Of a stretch of DNA of 63,950 bases, positions 10,411-25,920 are shown piece by piece. This DNA is from Octopus bimaculoides (lineage: Eukaryota), in the NCBI RefSeq assembly GCF_001194135.2, contig NC_069001.1, positions 26,403,729 through 26,467,678 on the forward strand. The letters run 5' to 3'. Numbering within the stretch: the stretch's first letter is position 1; the number at the start of each line of letters is the position of its first letter. A program made the translations under genes and the position numbers. The notes under the pieces are model-generated. The model did no database searches. It saw only the letters and a list, made by a program, of their open reading frames with translations, and was not told where the DNA came from.

Positions 10411-13400
10411 TTCAAATGTTATAGTTCATAAGATATAGTGATAAATATTTTACGATATGGCAACTGAGAGAAATTGCAGCTCTTCCTTATACGCTTTAAA
10501 TGTTCCGCTTGAAAAATAATCCACTTGTGTGTAACTGAAGTAGATAAAAATTTATATACGTAACTACATACATACATACATGTGTGTATACGTATATCTT
10601 CATGCATATATATATATATATATATATATGAAAGAATGTGTATTGATTCAAAACCACCCCCGCACATATGTACATATACATTTTCCTATATGCGTACTAT
10701 CATATATACTAAAACTAAAAATGAAAATTTTTACTATTTCATCACGTTATTTCTTTATCGAACGANNNNNNNNNNNNNNNNNNNNNNNNNNNNNNNNNNN
10801 ACACACACACACACATACGCACACGTATGTATGTGTGTGTGAGAATTCAGAAAAAGAGAGAAAAACAATTCACTACCAAATTCATTGAAAATATTGGTAA
10901 AATAATTCAATTTATATTTATAGCAAATGTTACATGCGATAAGTTTCAAGTCTCTCTCATGTGATTGCTTATCTCCATGCCTTCATCGTCACTTCCAGCC
11001 CCGAGAGAAGTTCACATTCTTTCTGCAGCAGCGTCTGACCGTCATTACAAATTCACACTAAAGGCGTTTCTACTGATATTTAGCATCTGTCTTCTTCTGC
11101 TGGAAGCAGAAGCAATCACCGAGAAGAAACTGTGACATTTCACAATGGAGCAACTTTACTTATACATACGTATAAACATTTGACACCTACTCTACTTGTT
11201 CCTAATGAAGTAGACGCTCCAATATCTCTGCATACACTCGTGTCATCCATCCATCCATGCATACATACATTTGTCTGTATATGTGTAACTGCGTTCGCAC
11301 AATCTGGCATGTGTATGTATATATGTGTGAGTGGGTATGTATTTTTGTATTTGCCCATTCACCCTTTTACTCTGCGTACATTTACATACAAAGTTATACG
11401 CAGACATGAGAGCGTAGATATATGTTTGCGAGGGTTTCAGTGTCTGTTTAGTGAGAGAGAGAGAGAAAGTATAAGAGGCAGAGAGAGTATGAGGAGCAGA
11501 GAGCGAAAGATAATGTAAGCACGTTAATTGCAAATGTTTTGCAGCTTTAAGATATATAATTAGTTCAATATTTTATCGAGACTATGCTTGCTTACATATT
11601 GCCTTCATGCAATGTTTCGTGTTCTGCCTGCTCTACACATCTCTGTATGGTCTCTACCGCTTTTCCCTCACTTTTCACCCACTAGCATATATTCACATAG
11701 TTATAGTTACAGAAACATTGATAGTTAATGAGTGAAAGTAAAAAAAAAAATAGAGAGAGAGAGAGAGAGAGAGAGAAAGATTCAGTAATGGATACAAAAG
11801 AAAAACAGTGAAATTAAGCTTGTGGCGTCTGACACGGCATAAAATGTAATTATTTGCAAAATATATACACCGTGTCATTGGTACCCGTTTGCAAGCGAGT
11901 TAGCTTCGATTCAAAAAGAATCATTTTTTGGCAGGAAAGAATATGTTACAAGATTCCGTGAGATTCTGAATATATGAGAGATTCTCTGGAAATGGTGACC
12001 CATTTGTGTTAGTGTCAAGAGCTAAACAAGAAGAGAAAAAAGTTTGAGAGAGAGAGAGAGAGAGAACAATGGAAGAGGTTAGTGTGCAAACGAAAGAACT
12101 GAAACAAATGTAACCAGCATAGATAAAAAGATATCTTTTTCTTCAGCGCTCGGTACACAGCTTGTCAATAGCAATAGTCACATTGTCTGTAGATGTAACA
12201 TTTGTTTGAACAGGAAAACCATCGTGTTGACTAGTAAAGTAAATGGAATTCCGTTGCTTTCGACAATTAAAGTTTGCTCTGTCAACTGAACTACCTACTG
12301 AATTAGCACGTAAGTGGCGGTTTATTCCACTGACAGTAACATTTAGATTGAGTCCGAGTTATACAGCGAATGCGGAAGATGGTGTTTTGAGTAATAGCTA
12401 CACTCTTCGCGATGAAACACTGGGCAGATTCTGCGTACATAGTCTCAGTTTACGAGGCGTTGTCCAGTGGAAAACAATGGTAAAGAGGTTTACCCTTGAT
12501 GATATAAAGTGGAATGGAGCATAGACTTGTTATTTGAAAGGCAGCTTCTTAACCACTAGGCTGCAGATTTGCAGATTAGATTAGTATCTAAAAGTTGCAC
12601 ATGTATTGATCGGATAGCCAGCAGTTTCAAAAGAAGTAATCGCACACGCACCCACAATTGCACATACATATATATACTCACACACACACACACACACACA
12701 CNNNNNNNNNNNNNNNNNNNNNNNNNNNNNNNNNNNNNNNNNNNNNNNNNNNNNNNNNNNNNNNNNNNNNNNNNNNNNNNNNNNNNNNNNNNNNNNNNNN
12801 NTATGTATTCTCTGTTTGAATAATTCCTTTATAGAACTAAGCTAATGCGTATTTAATCAATTCGTCATGCAGGTTTGAAAGTAAAATAAAGAAACAGAAA
12901 GAGACACCTGAAACTCCAATGTATTATATAGAAACAAACTATGTATATATATCGTTTTACAGCGTAATATAAACCCTATGCAGGAATTCATTTCATTGTA
13001 AATTCTTTGTTAGATAGATATTTTTTCGCTGTTATTGCTCTTGTTTTGTTGTTGTTGCTGTTTTTTGCAGTTTTAGTCTTTGCTGCCGTTTCTTTTTTTT
13101 TTTTTCTGTATTAGTTGAGGTTTGAAACCGTACTTCATCCCCATTGCAGACATCAGGGAGTTAGTAATGGCGTATAGCTTTTGATCTTTCTTTCGCTGTC
13201 TAAACACACACACACACACGTGTGTGTATGTGTTTATATCTCTCTCTATATATGTACATATACATGCATATACATTTTATATATACACGTACAAACATAT
13301 ACACGCAAATCTACATATAAATGGATATATAAATATATATAAATACACATATGCAAACGCACACACACACACAGACACACACACACGCATGCACACTTAT

Positions 13401-13611
13401 AAATATCAATGTTTGTATATCGTTTGTGTGTTCTCCATGCACACGCATGCGCACGCGCGTGTATTTATTTGTGCACTCATCTTGATTATGTATCATGGCA
13501 ATGCATTATACATTACAAGGATTGAGTGTTCGCCGAAAGGAAAATAGAGCAAGGCACAGAGAAACCGAGATGGAGTAGAGAAAACGAGATATCGTGAGAG
13601 GGAGAAAGAGT

Positions 13612-13680
<69 letters not shown>

Positions 13681-14236
13681 TTCTATGTACCTACCAGAGC
13701 ATTGTAAATGTTGCTTGCACAAAGTTAGTAATTGCTGTAGTTTAAATAAAAAGATCGTGCTCAAGTGAACTCTTCTCAATTAAAAACGACCTGTACTTCC
13801 AATCGCGGCTTACGATTCCTACCATGTCGACGTTATTTTGTACATAGAAATCAGTATATATGAAAGAAAAAAATAAACATTAATACTTAAATAAATGAAT
13901 GAGGTTTGATATTACTATATCTAATGGGGTGATGGTATTCGTTGAAACCTTAGAACATCAGATTAAATACCTCATCGTGTTATCGAGATAATTCGTTTTA
14001 TGAATTGAATTCCATTATTGCTGGGTTTAAATTTTTTATCATAATAGAGTGAGTTCTCCCGTTTGCTTTATAATTGTATAATTTCGTCAGAAAATGTATG
14101 TGGTGTCTGTTAACATTTCATGAAGTACGTAAGTGAAGTATTTATCCCCAGATAAAATTTTAGCAACAAATTAGAATCTCATAGAGACCTAGTTGTTAGC
14201 GTTCAGCCGGATGAAGGATTGAATCTACGTTTTACC

Positions 14237-14350
14237 TATTACTTGTTTCAGTTATTCGAGTGCGCCGTTGCTGGGGTATCGTTGTGCAACGTTTAGTCAA
14301 ACAAATGGACACCAGTACTTATGTTTACATCTGGTACTTACATTCTCGGA
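14237..14350 (-). mobile_element. SINE family A 3' tail fragment (old)
   Basis: TACTTGTTTCAGTTATTCGAGTGCGCCGTTGCTGG...TTTAGTCAAACAAATGGACACCAG aligns with the tail of the 18.06-kb copy. Confidence 0.7.
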
Positions 14351-14937
14351 GATACACATACATACACGCACAAAGAAACATACACACAGATTAATACACA
14401 CATAGCCCCAAGCCTATCAAAGTCTTCGGAGTGAAATTTATGGTCGCATATATAAATATATTCTCCTCTAGTACCGTGCTCTGTACACATTCTGAGTGAA
14501 TCTATGTATGTGTTATCATGGACTTCCTTGCGACAACGTAAACTTTCATTTAATCAAGATATCCTTAGCCTGAAGAGTAGCCTGCGGTATACATCTCGCT
14601 TCGATATTTCCCACTTGTGAGGTTTCGCTCGCTTAGAAACATATGTAGTCCGGATCTTATCTACATCATTCCTAAACGCCGTGTGTGTGTATATATATAT
14701 GTATATATATAAATTAAGAATTGGAGTTATACGCAAGTGTTTTTAAAATCTTTATACTTCCAACATATGTTTGGAAGAAAACATCGGCATTATATATGTA
14801 TGTGTGTGTATTTATATATGTATGCATATATGTATGTATATGTATGTATATATATATATATATATATATATAAATGTATATATATATCTCCATCCTCTCT
14901 TTCTCTCTCTTTCTTTCTCTCTCTCTTTCTCTCTCTG

Positions 14938-14993
<56 letters not shown>

Positions 14994-17724
14994 TACATAT
15001 ATATATATGCATACATATATATATATCACTTAGCTATTTCCAGACTAATAGCCTGGTGTAGAATTCATATATTTTTTCCAGAACGAAGTGTTAGCTGAGT
15101 ATAGAGCTTTGGTAACTGAGATGAAGAAGCAATAAATGATTTCCTTATGAACTTCATTTAATTCATTACTTTGTCACCTCTCCTATTATCACTCTACTGT
15201 CGTCCTGGAACTATGATAGTACACACGTGCTCAAGGGACGGGCTGTTGCACTGAATACGGAATCTTGTGGTTGCAATACCAGTTTTTCACCCATGTAATT
15301 ATGTCTGTTTTTAAAACTCCTTTTCAAGGAACGAGGGCAAAAGAATTAACCATCATTACTCTACCCTAAGAATTAAATTCTTCGCACACTTAACTGCAAG
15401 ACTTTGGCCAATTTTCTGACGTTCGAATTGTAATTAACATAAGCGTAATTTTTGTTATTGTTGGATTTTGATCTCAGGTAGCTCTAGAAGAACTACGAAC
15501 ATTCCCACCGAATATTTTAAGGGTGTATGGTACTGTTTTAGATTCTGTGTTCAAGTGCGGCTTCCGTATGATGACAAAAACATGGCCACTGGCCTTATAT
15601 TTAATTAAAAGCTAACAATGTTTCCTATATTAATCGTCACAACCAATGCCGCTTGCTGTCTTATTGGAGAAAAGGATACTACGTTTTGCCATTTGTCATT
15701 TAGATTTCATTTATAATTCCTCATTTTCAAGCATATTTAAGCAATCAGATGCTTTTGTTGAGGAGAGGGACTCTCTTTCTAGTTCGACTACTTTTGAATA
15801 CATTAAATTGTTAACCGGCGTAGTCCTTTGCGAGATATACTGCCATGTCTCTTATTTCGAATGAACTCAAGCCATGTATGCAATCTCTTTGTAATATATT
15901 GACAGCAAATGTATAAACATCACTCTTAGTAACGTAGTACATGTCTGCATTGTCGTTGATGGGGATGATACTCTTCCATCATATCGTGCAAACTTTCATT
16001 TTAGGGTGTCAAATTATTACTGTGTGAACTTGCGTGTATGTGATTTTTCATTAAGCCACTTTGAGTTTAGTTTTCATATACGATGTTTTTCGCTTCAAAA
16101 ATCGTTTCCGTATATTCAATAACTATTTGTAAGCTTTCTTAAGAACAGTTGTTTCCCGAGCTACACTCTTTAGTTGAAATTCTGCATACAATACATTGTA
16201 AACATAATATTTCGAGGAAAACAATAAAATAATATCTAAAAGACAGACCTTTTGTCTAGCCCAGGTATTGGGATAAAATTACACCGACTGCAAATTCCTT
16301 TCTATGCAAAATATTTTATAATAAATGATAAAAAATCATATCCAATTCTCAGGAGCATCTTGGTTACAATCCAATTTCCTAGCAGCTGTCTGAAGACACG
16401 TACGCATGTTTGAAAACGCAAGGTAATAATGGTAATAATGATAATGATGATAATAATAATAGTTAATATTTTATGCATGATACATTCTTTTTGAAATGAT
16501 TTCTAGTTAATAATGACTTCTAATAATGGTAATAATAATCATAAAAATGAAAATATTTTGCAGAATTAAGCCTGGCAGGAATTTTCTCATGTTAATCTTA
16601 ATATTCCTGTAGAATGGATTAATGAATTATATTTCTACGGTTTCCTGTTAGTTACAATGAAACATTGACATTTCAGTAAAGGAAGAAAAAGTTTAGGTGT
16701 TTTGAATTTGATACAGACTTAAATAAAATTTGATGTGTACGTCAGTTTCGACGCGATATACTCCAATTGATCACATGACTTAACTAACTACTCGTTGAAA
16801 AACCTTGCTAAATATTAAAATAATAAATTCTCAAAGAAAATGAAAGTGAAAGTTATCGTGGTGAGTGTGCAGTTTGAATGGAAGGGAAACTTAGTACGTT
16901 AGTCTACCGCGTTTCACACCCAAAACCTCGATCGGCACTATATATTGCTAAAAGGCATTTATTGTTAATAGCATCACGTGGGCTCAAAGAAAAAGGGGTT
17001 TCTTCTCTTAGGGAGGGATCACATGCACATTCATACGAATTATATCGCTTTCTTTTAAAATTTCACACAGGGAAACGCGCACGCGCGTGCAAAATCATGC
17101 CAATATTGTAAATCCACTTGCAAATGCCAAAGAATTTCTCTCGATTTCTCCATGGCAATACGCCAAATGGCAGGAGATAGCACGAAGGTCCCGAGAAGGC
17201 TAAACGCATTATATATATGTGTGAATATGTGTGTGTGTGTGTGTGTGTGTTCACCATTCACACTCACATGTACTTAATTATATGCATACACACTCACACT
17301 CACACATATGTAATCATATACGCGCATTCGTATCAATGTTTTCATACATACTTGTGTGTGTGTATAAAATGACGGACATATAATCTAAAAAAATTATTTT
17401 TTATGCGTTATTGCAATCTGAGTGACATTCAATATATGTTTGAACCCAAATATATGATCATTCATATGCAGTGTATGTTTGGGAGGTGGGGTAATTTTAT
17501 GGGTTAAGCATTATATCTCTCCTAATAAGTTAATACCAGCGCACAATATTTTAAAAGTGCATATATTATCACTTATTAGATCAGTTGAAACAAAATATGA
17601 ATTAATATATATCTGCTTGTGAACGAGTTTACCTAAATATATACGGGTATAGTTGTGTGCGCAAAGCTTATAATATTCTTGCAGATATTATGGCTTTACT
17701 AGGGTGTCCCTATTGTTATGGGTG

Positions 17725-18010
17725 TTTTATTTTATTTTATTTGCACAGGCCACCATCCGTGTTTTGTGATTAAGCAAGAATTTGAACAACGCCTCCTTAT
17801 TTGAGTTACTTTTATTGACGTGGCTTAATCTAATATCTCAAGAAAAAATTTGTCTAAGTGCTTATTGAAGACAACCATATTCACGCCTCCTTCTTCTCCA
17901 TAGTTTCTTGAAAAGGTATTGAAAAGCGGTGGGCCATATAAAAGTGAACTCTTCCAATATCCAGGCCTTACACCAAATGAATTAGCGGAGCCATACAGTG
18001 ATTTAAGCAT
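17725..18010 (-). mobile_element. CR1-group LINE 3' end relic
   Basis: Minus ORF SSLLYGPPLFNTFSRNYGEEGGVNMVVFNKHLDKFFLEILD resembles the CR1-type ORF2 C-terminus (GP.LFN.LP...F.K.LD.FL..IPD); it is followed by GGTGGCC and an A-rich tail. Confidence 0.7.
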
Positions 18011-18062
18011 TAAAATCTCCAGCTACTTACTCCTACACACACAGACACATTTCCTTATTCTA

Positions 18063-18449
18063 TTCTTTTACTCGTTTCAGTCGTTTGACTTTCGACATGC
18101 TGGAGCACCACTTTGAAGAGTTTTAGACGAACAAATCGACCCCAAAAATTACTTTTAAATCCTCGTACTTATTCCCTCTTTTACTGAACCGCTAAGTTAC
18201 AGGGACTTCAACACACCCACAATGGTTGTCAAGCGGTTATGGGGGCACAAACAGACACTAGGAGACACACACACATATATACGATAGGCTTATTTCAGTT
18301 TCCGTCTACTAAATCTACTTATAAGGATTTGATTGACTCGAGGCTACAGTAAAAAAAAACACTTGCTCAAGTTGTCCCGCAGTGGGACTGAACCTGGAGT
18401 CATGTAGTTAGGTAGCAAGCTTCTTACCAAAGAACCAAGACTGTGCCTG
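18063..18449 (-). mobile_element. SINE family A, near full length
   Basis: tRNA-like head at the right, CORE-like region, central (CA)n, tail GGTGCTCCAGCATG...GACTGAAACGAGTAAAAGA. Confidence 0.9.
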
Positions 18450-19289
18450 ATACATACACACATATGAACCACTTTTCGACTTTGTTCTTTAATTCTCCCT
18501 TTTCTTCATCTGTCGCACTGAATTAATCTTGGCGTAACAGCATTGAATTGCTTCGAGAGCCCCTCTACGAGAGGCCTATAATAGGGAGCAGTAATCCATG
18601 ATATCTGTGTAACAAAATGTCCCCAATTGGTTCATCATATTTGTTTTCCTTGTTTTGATTGAACTCAGAATCCAATCAGTCACTCGCCTGTACATTTTTG
18701 CCATGTTAGTAGTACGATTCCGAAATGAGGAACCATTATTCATGAGGATTCTTCACTCGGGGACGAATCTAATGCATATTATTTGCATTATTGGCATAAA
18801 TTCTTTAGGTTTCCTATCTTTGTCTAGTATAGTGAAAATTTCCGGCAAATTTTGTTTCAGTTAGCTTTATAGAAGATCCGGCTGGATAGGTTTCGAGTGA
18901 TTCCTATGTGATCTCTTTTATTTTCTACGGACGATGAATTGTTAGTTCTACTATGGTATCTATTATTTACATGATGGATGCGGTCCATGTTATTAGTGAA
19001 GCATAGATCCAACATGTTATTGCTACTGGTCGAGTGCAGTATTATTCGTTACATTAACATGGTTTTAGAGAGATGAAATAAAGTCTCTACGTGACGATCT
19101 TCATGGCGTAACAATCCTGAAATTATGTCACCTTTGAATAACTTGATGTTAGGGAAATCGAAGTTGCCAAATAGGATCACACTAATATGTTGAACTTATT
19201 TCGCACGTAATCTTTTTTATTATTCTAAATACATTATCGTTAATAAACGTGTCAGGTGAACGATATGATGTACATATTGGTTTGAAACT

Positions 19290-19469
19290 TCTGTAGAAAG
19301 CCAGCAACTTCCGGGGTGGGGTTAAGTCGAATACATCGATCCCAGTGCCCAAACGGCATTTAATTCATCGGCCCCGAAATGATGAAATGCAATGTCGACC
19401 TTGGCGGAATTAAAAACTCAGGACGTAAAGAGGTGCGAAATGCTAAGCGATTCTGCCAGGTCACCGCCT
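19290..19469 (-). mobile_element. SINE family B
   Basis: GTCGAATACATCGATCCCAG...GTCGACCTTGGCGGAATT...ATTCTGCCAGGTCACCGCC. Confidence 0.85.
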
Positions 19470-22400
19470 TTATATGATGTACATATTACGGCATTGATTT
19501 GCTTTGTCTGTACAAATGGCGTGTCCCAAGCCCACTTCCATTATGAAAACACGGTTAAGAGTCTGTCATTTTTAGGGGTTTTACCATATTTTCCGACTGT
19601 ACGAAGCATGACATGCTTTTATGTTCATCTCCACGTGCTCTACGTCTGCAGATTGTTACGTTTCATTAAGCCATATGCATATTGCTTCATCGTACAAAGA
19701 TAAATCATTTTGATATGAAATTCTGCCTCTTTCCTTATGTACAGTAGCAAAATAGATGTAATGCGTGGTGAGTTGGCAGTGATGGCCAGCCTGTATATAT
19801 CATCTGAACTGGTTTTCTGAAAGAGTATTTATGGCTTCATTTCAGTTTTGTTTGTTATCATATAAGATAATGTGCTATATATTTTGTGTCACACTTCAAA
19901 TACGTATGTAGCTCGACCGCTGTAGGTCGCAGTGCATTTGCCTATTGCATTTTGGGTGAAAACAGATCATACATGGCAGATCTTCTTCAATTGGTACTCC
20001 CGCTTTACTACTGCTATTCTGCGAGTAATGGATTTCTTCGGGAGAATATTTCTTCGGGAGAATATTTCTTAGGGAAATATTTGCTGCCTTGAATGAAAGT
20101 TTGACCACGCTTAGAAAGGGCAGAGCAGTAGTTTGTCTCAATTTATGTATGTAGAGAGAGAGAGAGAGAGAGATAGAGAGAGAGAGCATGTACAGGGAAC
20201 CTAAAATTAGTTTTCGTTTCGTTCTTAATATTAGTTAGTTGTCTTCGTTTTTGACCTTAATAAATTAATTCCTATGCGTAATTTTATTGTATTATATTAC
20301 TTATGTTAACTAGGTCATTTTATTCTTTATATTGCTTTATGTTTAATTCATTGTACCATTACAATACGGTTAAATGAACAAACTTTGTAAGAGTGTACTT
20401 TCCATAGATACATACTGTGCTGTAAGGAGATATTCCAAGCGAACTTTGAGACAATTTATGTATACATAACATTTGACGTCGCCAAACTTTTGAAGCCAGC
20501 TCCCGCGGGAGGAAAAATATTAATAAGTACTATTCACAGAGAAAATAATACAGAATAATGATGTTGAAGTGAATAAATAAATATGAAATAATGATGGAGA
20601 GAGAAAACAAAGAATTGAATCTTAGTGACTAAATGCACACGTCAAAAGTTTAAACATCAGCTATACAATAGACACAAACCATCAACATTTGGAATATGGA
20701 TTTCAACACACAAATGAATATTTGTTAAATATATATAAACATTTCTTAAAAGTTGTAGATAAGGAGGGAAACAAGCAGGAGAAACGAAAAAGACTGTTTA
20801 TATATATACATGTATGTATGTACGTATATGCGTGTATGTGTGTGTATATGTATGTGTGTGTGATGTTAACCGTGATAAGAAAATTATTCAATGTTAGAGT
20901 AGAAATTAATAATATATTTAATTCTAAATTTCACCTGAAAGTCCAGAGAATTTCCAGGTAAGTTCTGAAGATCCCGTGCACCGACAGGAGCAGCAAGAGA
21001 CTGACTTGAGCCAAATAATATATATAGCGTTCAAGACATACACACTTCACGTCTGGCTGTACAGCCTCTTTGTTTGTTTATTTCACCGTTTCGTTTTCTT
21101 GTCTTGTTTTCCGTCCGCCACTACCCTCCACGAAAACAATTTAATTTGTGTTCGTGGGAAGAACCATTTTAACGATGCGTACTGCCTTAATTCTTCGAAA
21201 CGCCGGAGTTTTAATGGTGGCAGCTGATGAAGGGGATGTTTCTATGTGGCCTGCTTCTTTGTTGCACCTTGTTTACCATTTTGTCTTTGTTCTTTTGCCN
21301 NNNNNNNNNNNNNNNNNNNNNNNNNNNNNNNNNNNNNNNNNNNNNNNNNNNNNNNNNNNATATATATATATATATATATATATATAATTCATAAGTTTAC
21401 AAACAACCCGAACAACAGCAAAGGGAAATTCATAGTTAAAATGTATTACGGTGACACTGGCATGAAAACTTTACTTATTTTGACAAAAAAACCACAAACT
21501 AAGTAGAATATAGAATGTAATTCAGACAACCAGTGTAAAAAACTAATTTCAATGTATGCATGAAATTTCCAAACATCATGACACACACACTATTTCTCCT
21601 TTTTCATCGGCTGAGCGTAGATTTTCAAAGAGCTATTAATAATGCATAAGAATACGTTGCAAAAACGTGAAATCTAATAGAAATAATTTAGATGGCAGAG
21701 ATGCAATGTGAAATAGATTTCCGTAAAAAAATGGTAACTATAAAAGATAACTAAAATTAGAAACAGAGATTAAACACACAGTAATATAACACCTAAAGTA
21801 TATATCAGGATATCATGAAATATAATAGGATTCACGGTTATATCATTTTAAATATAACGTTCATGCTTTCATCAATTATAAGATTATTCCCAATAATCAT
21901 GTTTTAAAATCACGAACCACACAGCATTAACAATAGATATCGGTGAAAATTTAATCCTAATTGTTCGGAGATAAACATAATGTAATTACGTCTTTGTAAA
22001 AATATACGAAACAAAACATATTCGTATGTCTATGTGGTGTGGAAAAATGATCTTCCAAAAAAACTGCTGGACAAATGATTATTTAAAAACTGAGATGAGA
22101 TTGTATCATAGTAAAGAAGACATACATGATTCTAATGTTCGTCTCAAAAGTACAAGACAGAATTGTATCAACGGATAAATTGACACAAGGATTATCGTAA
22201 TACATATACCTATACACACACACACACACTCACACACTAAAAGAAAATGCGGGCACTAATCACTGTTGCCTGTAAGTTTTTGCAAAGTATATATTATATC
22301 TATATAATCTAACAACCTGTCTGTCTATGTAGACACACATACATGACACATATGTAATTATATANNNNNNNNNNNNNNNNNNNNNNNNNNNNNNNNNNNN

Positions 22401-22475
22401 NNNNNNNNNNNNNNNNNNNNNNNNNNNNNNNNNNNNNNNNNNNNNNNNNNNNNNNNNNNNNNNNNNNNNNNNNNN

Positions 22476-22521
<46 letters not shown>

Positions 22522-22748
22522 CAGAATGGGACAAGAACGCAAAATATCAAGACAGTTACGTGATACAAGAAAGGGACTACAAAACATCCAGATAGACGAT
22601 ACAAAGAAAACAAGGACAGGTCATTCGGAGTTTTCTCTCTTCAGTCGAGATCCAGATTATCCTTGCAATTTCGGCTGGTTATTCTCGATATTGCTCCAAT
22701 CTGGCCAGCCCCAAGGAAAAACTAAGCTTCCTTGGAAGAAAGCGGAGA

Positions 22749-22794
<46 letters not shown>

Positions 22795-23601
22795 ATCGTC
22801 TCGGTGATCGGGCTGCATCTTGGCTGAAATATCTTCTACCGAGTATTATGCCATCCTATGTCTATTTGTCGAGCTACGTTAAGACACGTAAACAAGATAC
22901 AACATAAACTACAGTGGACACTGACTGTGAATGCAAACATCATCGACTCAGCCATAAATATATATGTACAGAAACGCATGTGTGTGAGCGTTTACACAAA
23001 TACATTTATGTTTGTGTGAGAGTAGGTGCGTGTGTTTGTAGAATTAAAGCACAGGAATGAATGAGAAAAAAAAATATCTTCATAGGATACATTAAAACAA
23101 ATCGATTCAGAAGTCCTGAAGCATAGTCTATAGATTTCTGGTACCATATTAAGGCATGGTGATGGTTAGTAGTAAATATTCCATGGATATTGAAATTATT
23201 CAATACTCCAAGTAAACCAATAATAATTATTCAACTTCATTCAGCTAAAACAGTATGTTTGATGTTTAAGATCAAAACAATACCTGTAGTAGAAGTATTT
23301 TGTGCGTTTCATATCAATGCTTCTTGATTTCCGCATGTTAGGGCAGCTCTTCCTTCTCAGAATCCCCCAAATATCTGATATGTAGCTATTATTCACATGC
23401 ATAGATTGCTATAAACTTCTAATCCTATGTATTATATTTTTTCTTATATGCAAAAGATATATGTTTATATAAATGCATGCAAGCACTCATATGAACATAT
23501 ACAAGCGCATAAATAAGTATATCTGTGTGTGTTAATACGTATGTATGTATCTGTATATTTATAAATATCTGTGTGTGTAAATATGTATGTATCTGTGTAT
23601 A

Positions 23602-23638
<37 letters not shown>

Positions 23639-24762
23639 ACACACACACATACACACACACACACGCACATACACACACACACATACATATAAATGTGTGC
23701 GTATGTATGTCTATTTATACAGATCTATGTAGTTACAGAAACCTAGGGTTAGATACAGAGAAAGAAAATCAGGGATACATGCGTGTATAGATTGATCGTT
23801 CTTTATATAAATATACAATTGTATGAAGCTGTATGAAACTTATCTCCAGAAAACCGAAGCATAATATAATGCGTAAACTACGTGTAGCTACGGTGATAAG
23901 CAAATTTAAAGAACGTTACTTCAATCATACTACTTTCCGACGCAGTAAAATAGAAAAGAAAACAGCTATATTCAATTAGATATGGAATTTGAAAGACCAG
24001 CCTAGAGATTTCCATAGCAATTTGAAAACACTTGTGCGATGTAGACCAAAAAGAAATAAGTAAAGTATACGACAGATGCAACATTTTGAAGTGCGCCATA
24101 GCAAAAAATAAAATAAAAGATGTTTTATCTAAATAGATCACAAATATTTGGTAAATGCCGACACTTTGATAAATTCTAACTAAAGTACATGGAGATCACA
24201 TTACGACCCTATTAAATGGACTTCCACTTAACTATCACATACCTTTATGCTTCAACCTATTTCCCACTGTCAGGGGACAGTAATATAAAGCAATATCTCT
24301 CATTGCTCCCGCCTTCAGTTTTATCCATTAAATAACCTTTCAGACTCCAGTAACAGCTTTTCTATTCTATATATTTTCTAAATTACTATACCTAGTTTAA
24401 TTTGCTTCTATATAACCTGCTTGATATTTTAAAAAATCTCTGCTTTCCTTATATTTTCTCATATTTTCTTACAATATATATTCAAACTACGAGAAACTGA
24501 TAGCTTGTAATATTTTAATGTAATGTAGAATCAAGGCAACATTTTAAACCTAGAATGAATTAAGCGTATGTTCTATTTGAAATATGCCTTGTTATTTTTA
24601 CTGTTAGTCAAATGAATGATATTGTTTATTGTCTGAATGTTTACGTTGATTATCATCTACGGAGAAAGTTGAAGTAACTATGTTTTATCTTTAACAGACT
24701 GTATCATATTATTTATTCACTCTATTTTCTGCATGTAAAGTCTTCTAGTTTATTACGTATTT

Positions 24763-25205
24763 GTGGTACCAAGCTTGCTTCCTAACCACGTGTTTTCGGG
24801 TTCAGTCCCACTGAAATAAAACTTTGTACAAGTATTTTCTACTATAGGCCCTAGCTGACCGAAGCCTTGAGTGTGGATTTGGTAAATGGAAACTGAAGAA
24901 CGCTGTTTCCTCTTTCTCTCTCCCCATTTTTTTCTCGTATATATGTATATATATACATGTGTGTGTGTGTGTGTGTCTTTTTTTATGCGTATGTCTTTGT
25001 TTGTGTCAGTTCCGCATCAGAGCTTGATAACTGTTGCTGGTTTGTTTACGTCCTGTTGCGATTCAACAACAGCCCGATATAATAATACCAGGTTTAAAAA
25101 ATAGTGCCAGGGTCAATTTGCTCAAGTAACAAGACATAAAAAACCTTGACGGCGGTGCCCCAGCATAGCCGCAGTCCTATGATTGGAAGAAGTAAAAAAT
25201 GAAAG
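24763..25205 (+). mobile_element. SINE family A, near full length
   Basis: Head GGGTTCAGTCCCACTG, GGATTTGGTAAATGGAAACTGAAG, central (TG)n, tail GGCGGTGCCCCAGCATAGCCGCAGTC...AGTAAAAAATGAAAG. Confidence 0.88.
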
Positions 25206-25260
25206 AACGCATAAACATATCCATACACACCAACATATAGGCATAACTACGTTTGCGTAT

Positions 25261-25311
<51 letters not shown>

Positions 25312-25920
25312 ACATACAGATAGACACTTATACACACATACACTAAACTGTATAGAACGTATATATACGATATATATTCGAGTGCTTGTGTGTATGAAAT
25401 GACCTATATGAACAAAAAGAGAATACATACAACGCACACGTAGGCTTATAAATAGACATTTCACATATACGAGTTCAGCATACACTCATACATAACAGAG
25501 CTGAGCACAAATTATTTATATATATATAAGCACACTGGTGAGATATCATCGCACACACATTTCTTGTATCTCAACGCACGTGACTCTAGCATTATGAAAT
25601 GAGAAGAAACAGCAAGGAAATCCTATATAAAAGTATAGTATATCTGATAAACAGCTCAATCAATACACAATGCTCTATCTGTTTATAACGATTCTTATGA
25701 ATGTTGCCCCGAGAGCTCAAATGAATGGAAAATTCTCTATTGCTTGGATGGAATTCGCCAATAAAGAGACTGCTACAGAACCAAAACAGATGTTGCTCAC
25801 AAGGTGTTCTTTATGAGCTACATAATTTCCAATAAATTATATTCATATTAGTAACTGTGTTTTCGGTCTTTGATATATCTTTCAGGTTTTAGTTATATAT
25901 TCTATATTAATAAATGGTTA

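Noticed and set aside
12243-12524. 93-aa non-repetitive ORF
   Set aside because: No recognisable motif or convincing splice sites, and the 3' end runs into SINE-like sequence.
14567-14650. CTGAAGA ... GAAACATATGTA (palindromic stem III-like)
   Set aside because: About 58 nt apart with no credible stem II or stem I.
17725-17750. Strong-looking splice acceptor (T-rich + CAG)
   Set aside because: It is the antisense A-rich tail of the CR1-like LINE, and all downstream frames close quickly.
22612-22735. Hairpin-rich segment with GAAA and CUGAAGA on the minus strand
   Set aside because: GGCUGG/CCAGCC-GAAA lacks a preceding CUGANGA, and CUGAAGA-GAG(AAAA)CUC is followed by CGAAU with no stem I. 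No valid hammerhead topology; probably an unclassified repeat, but only one copy is in the window.
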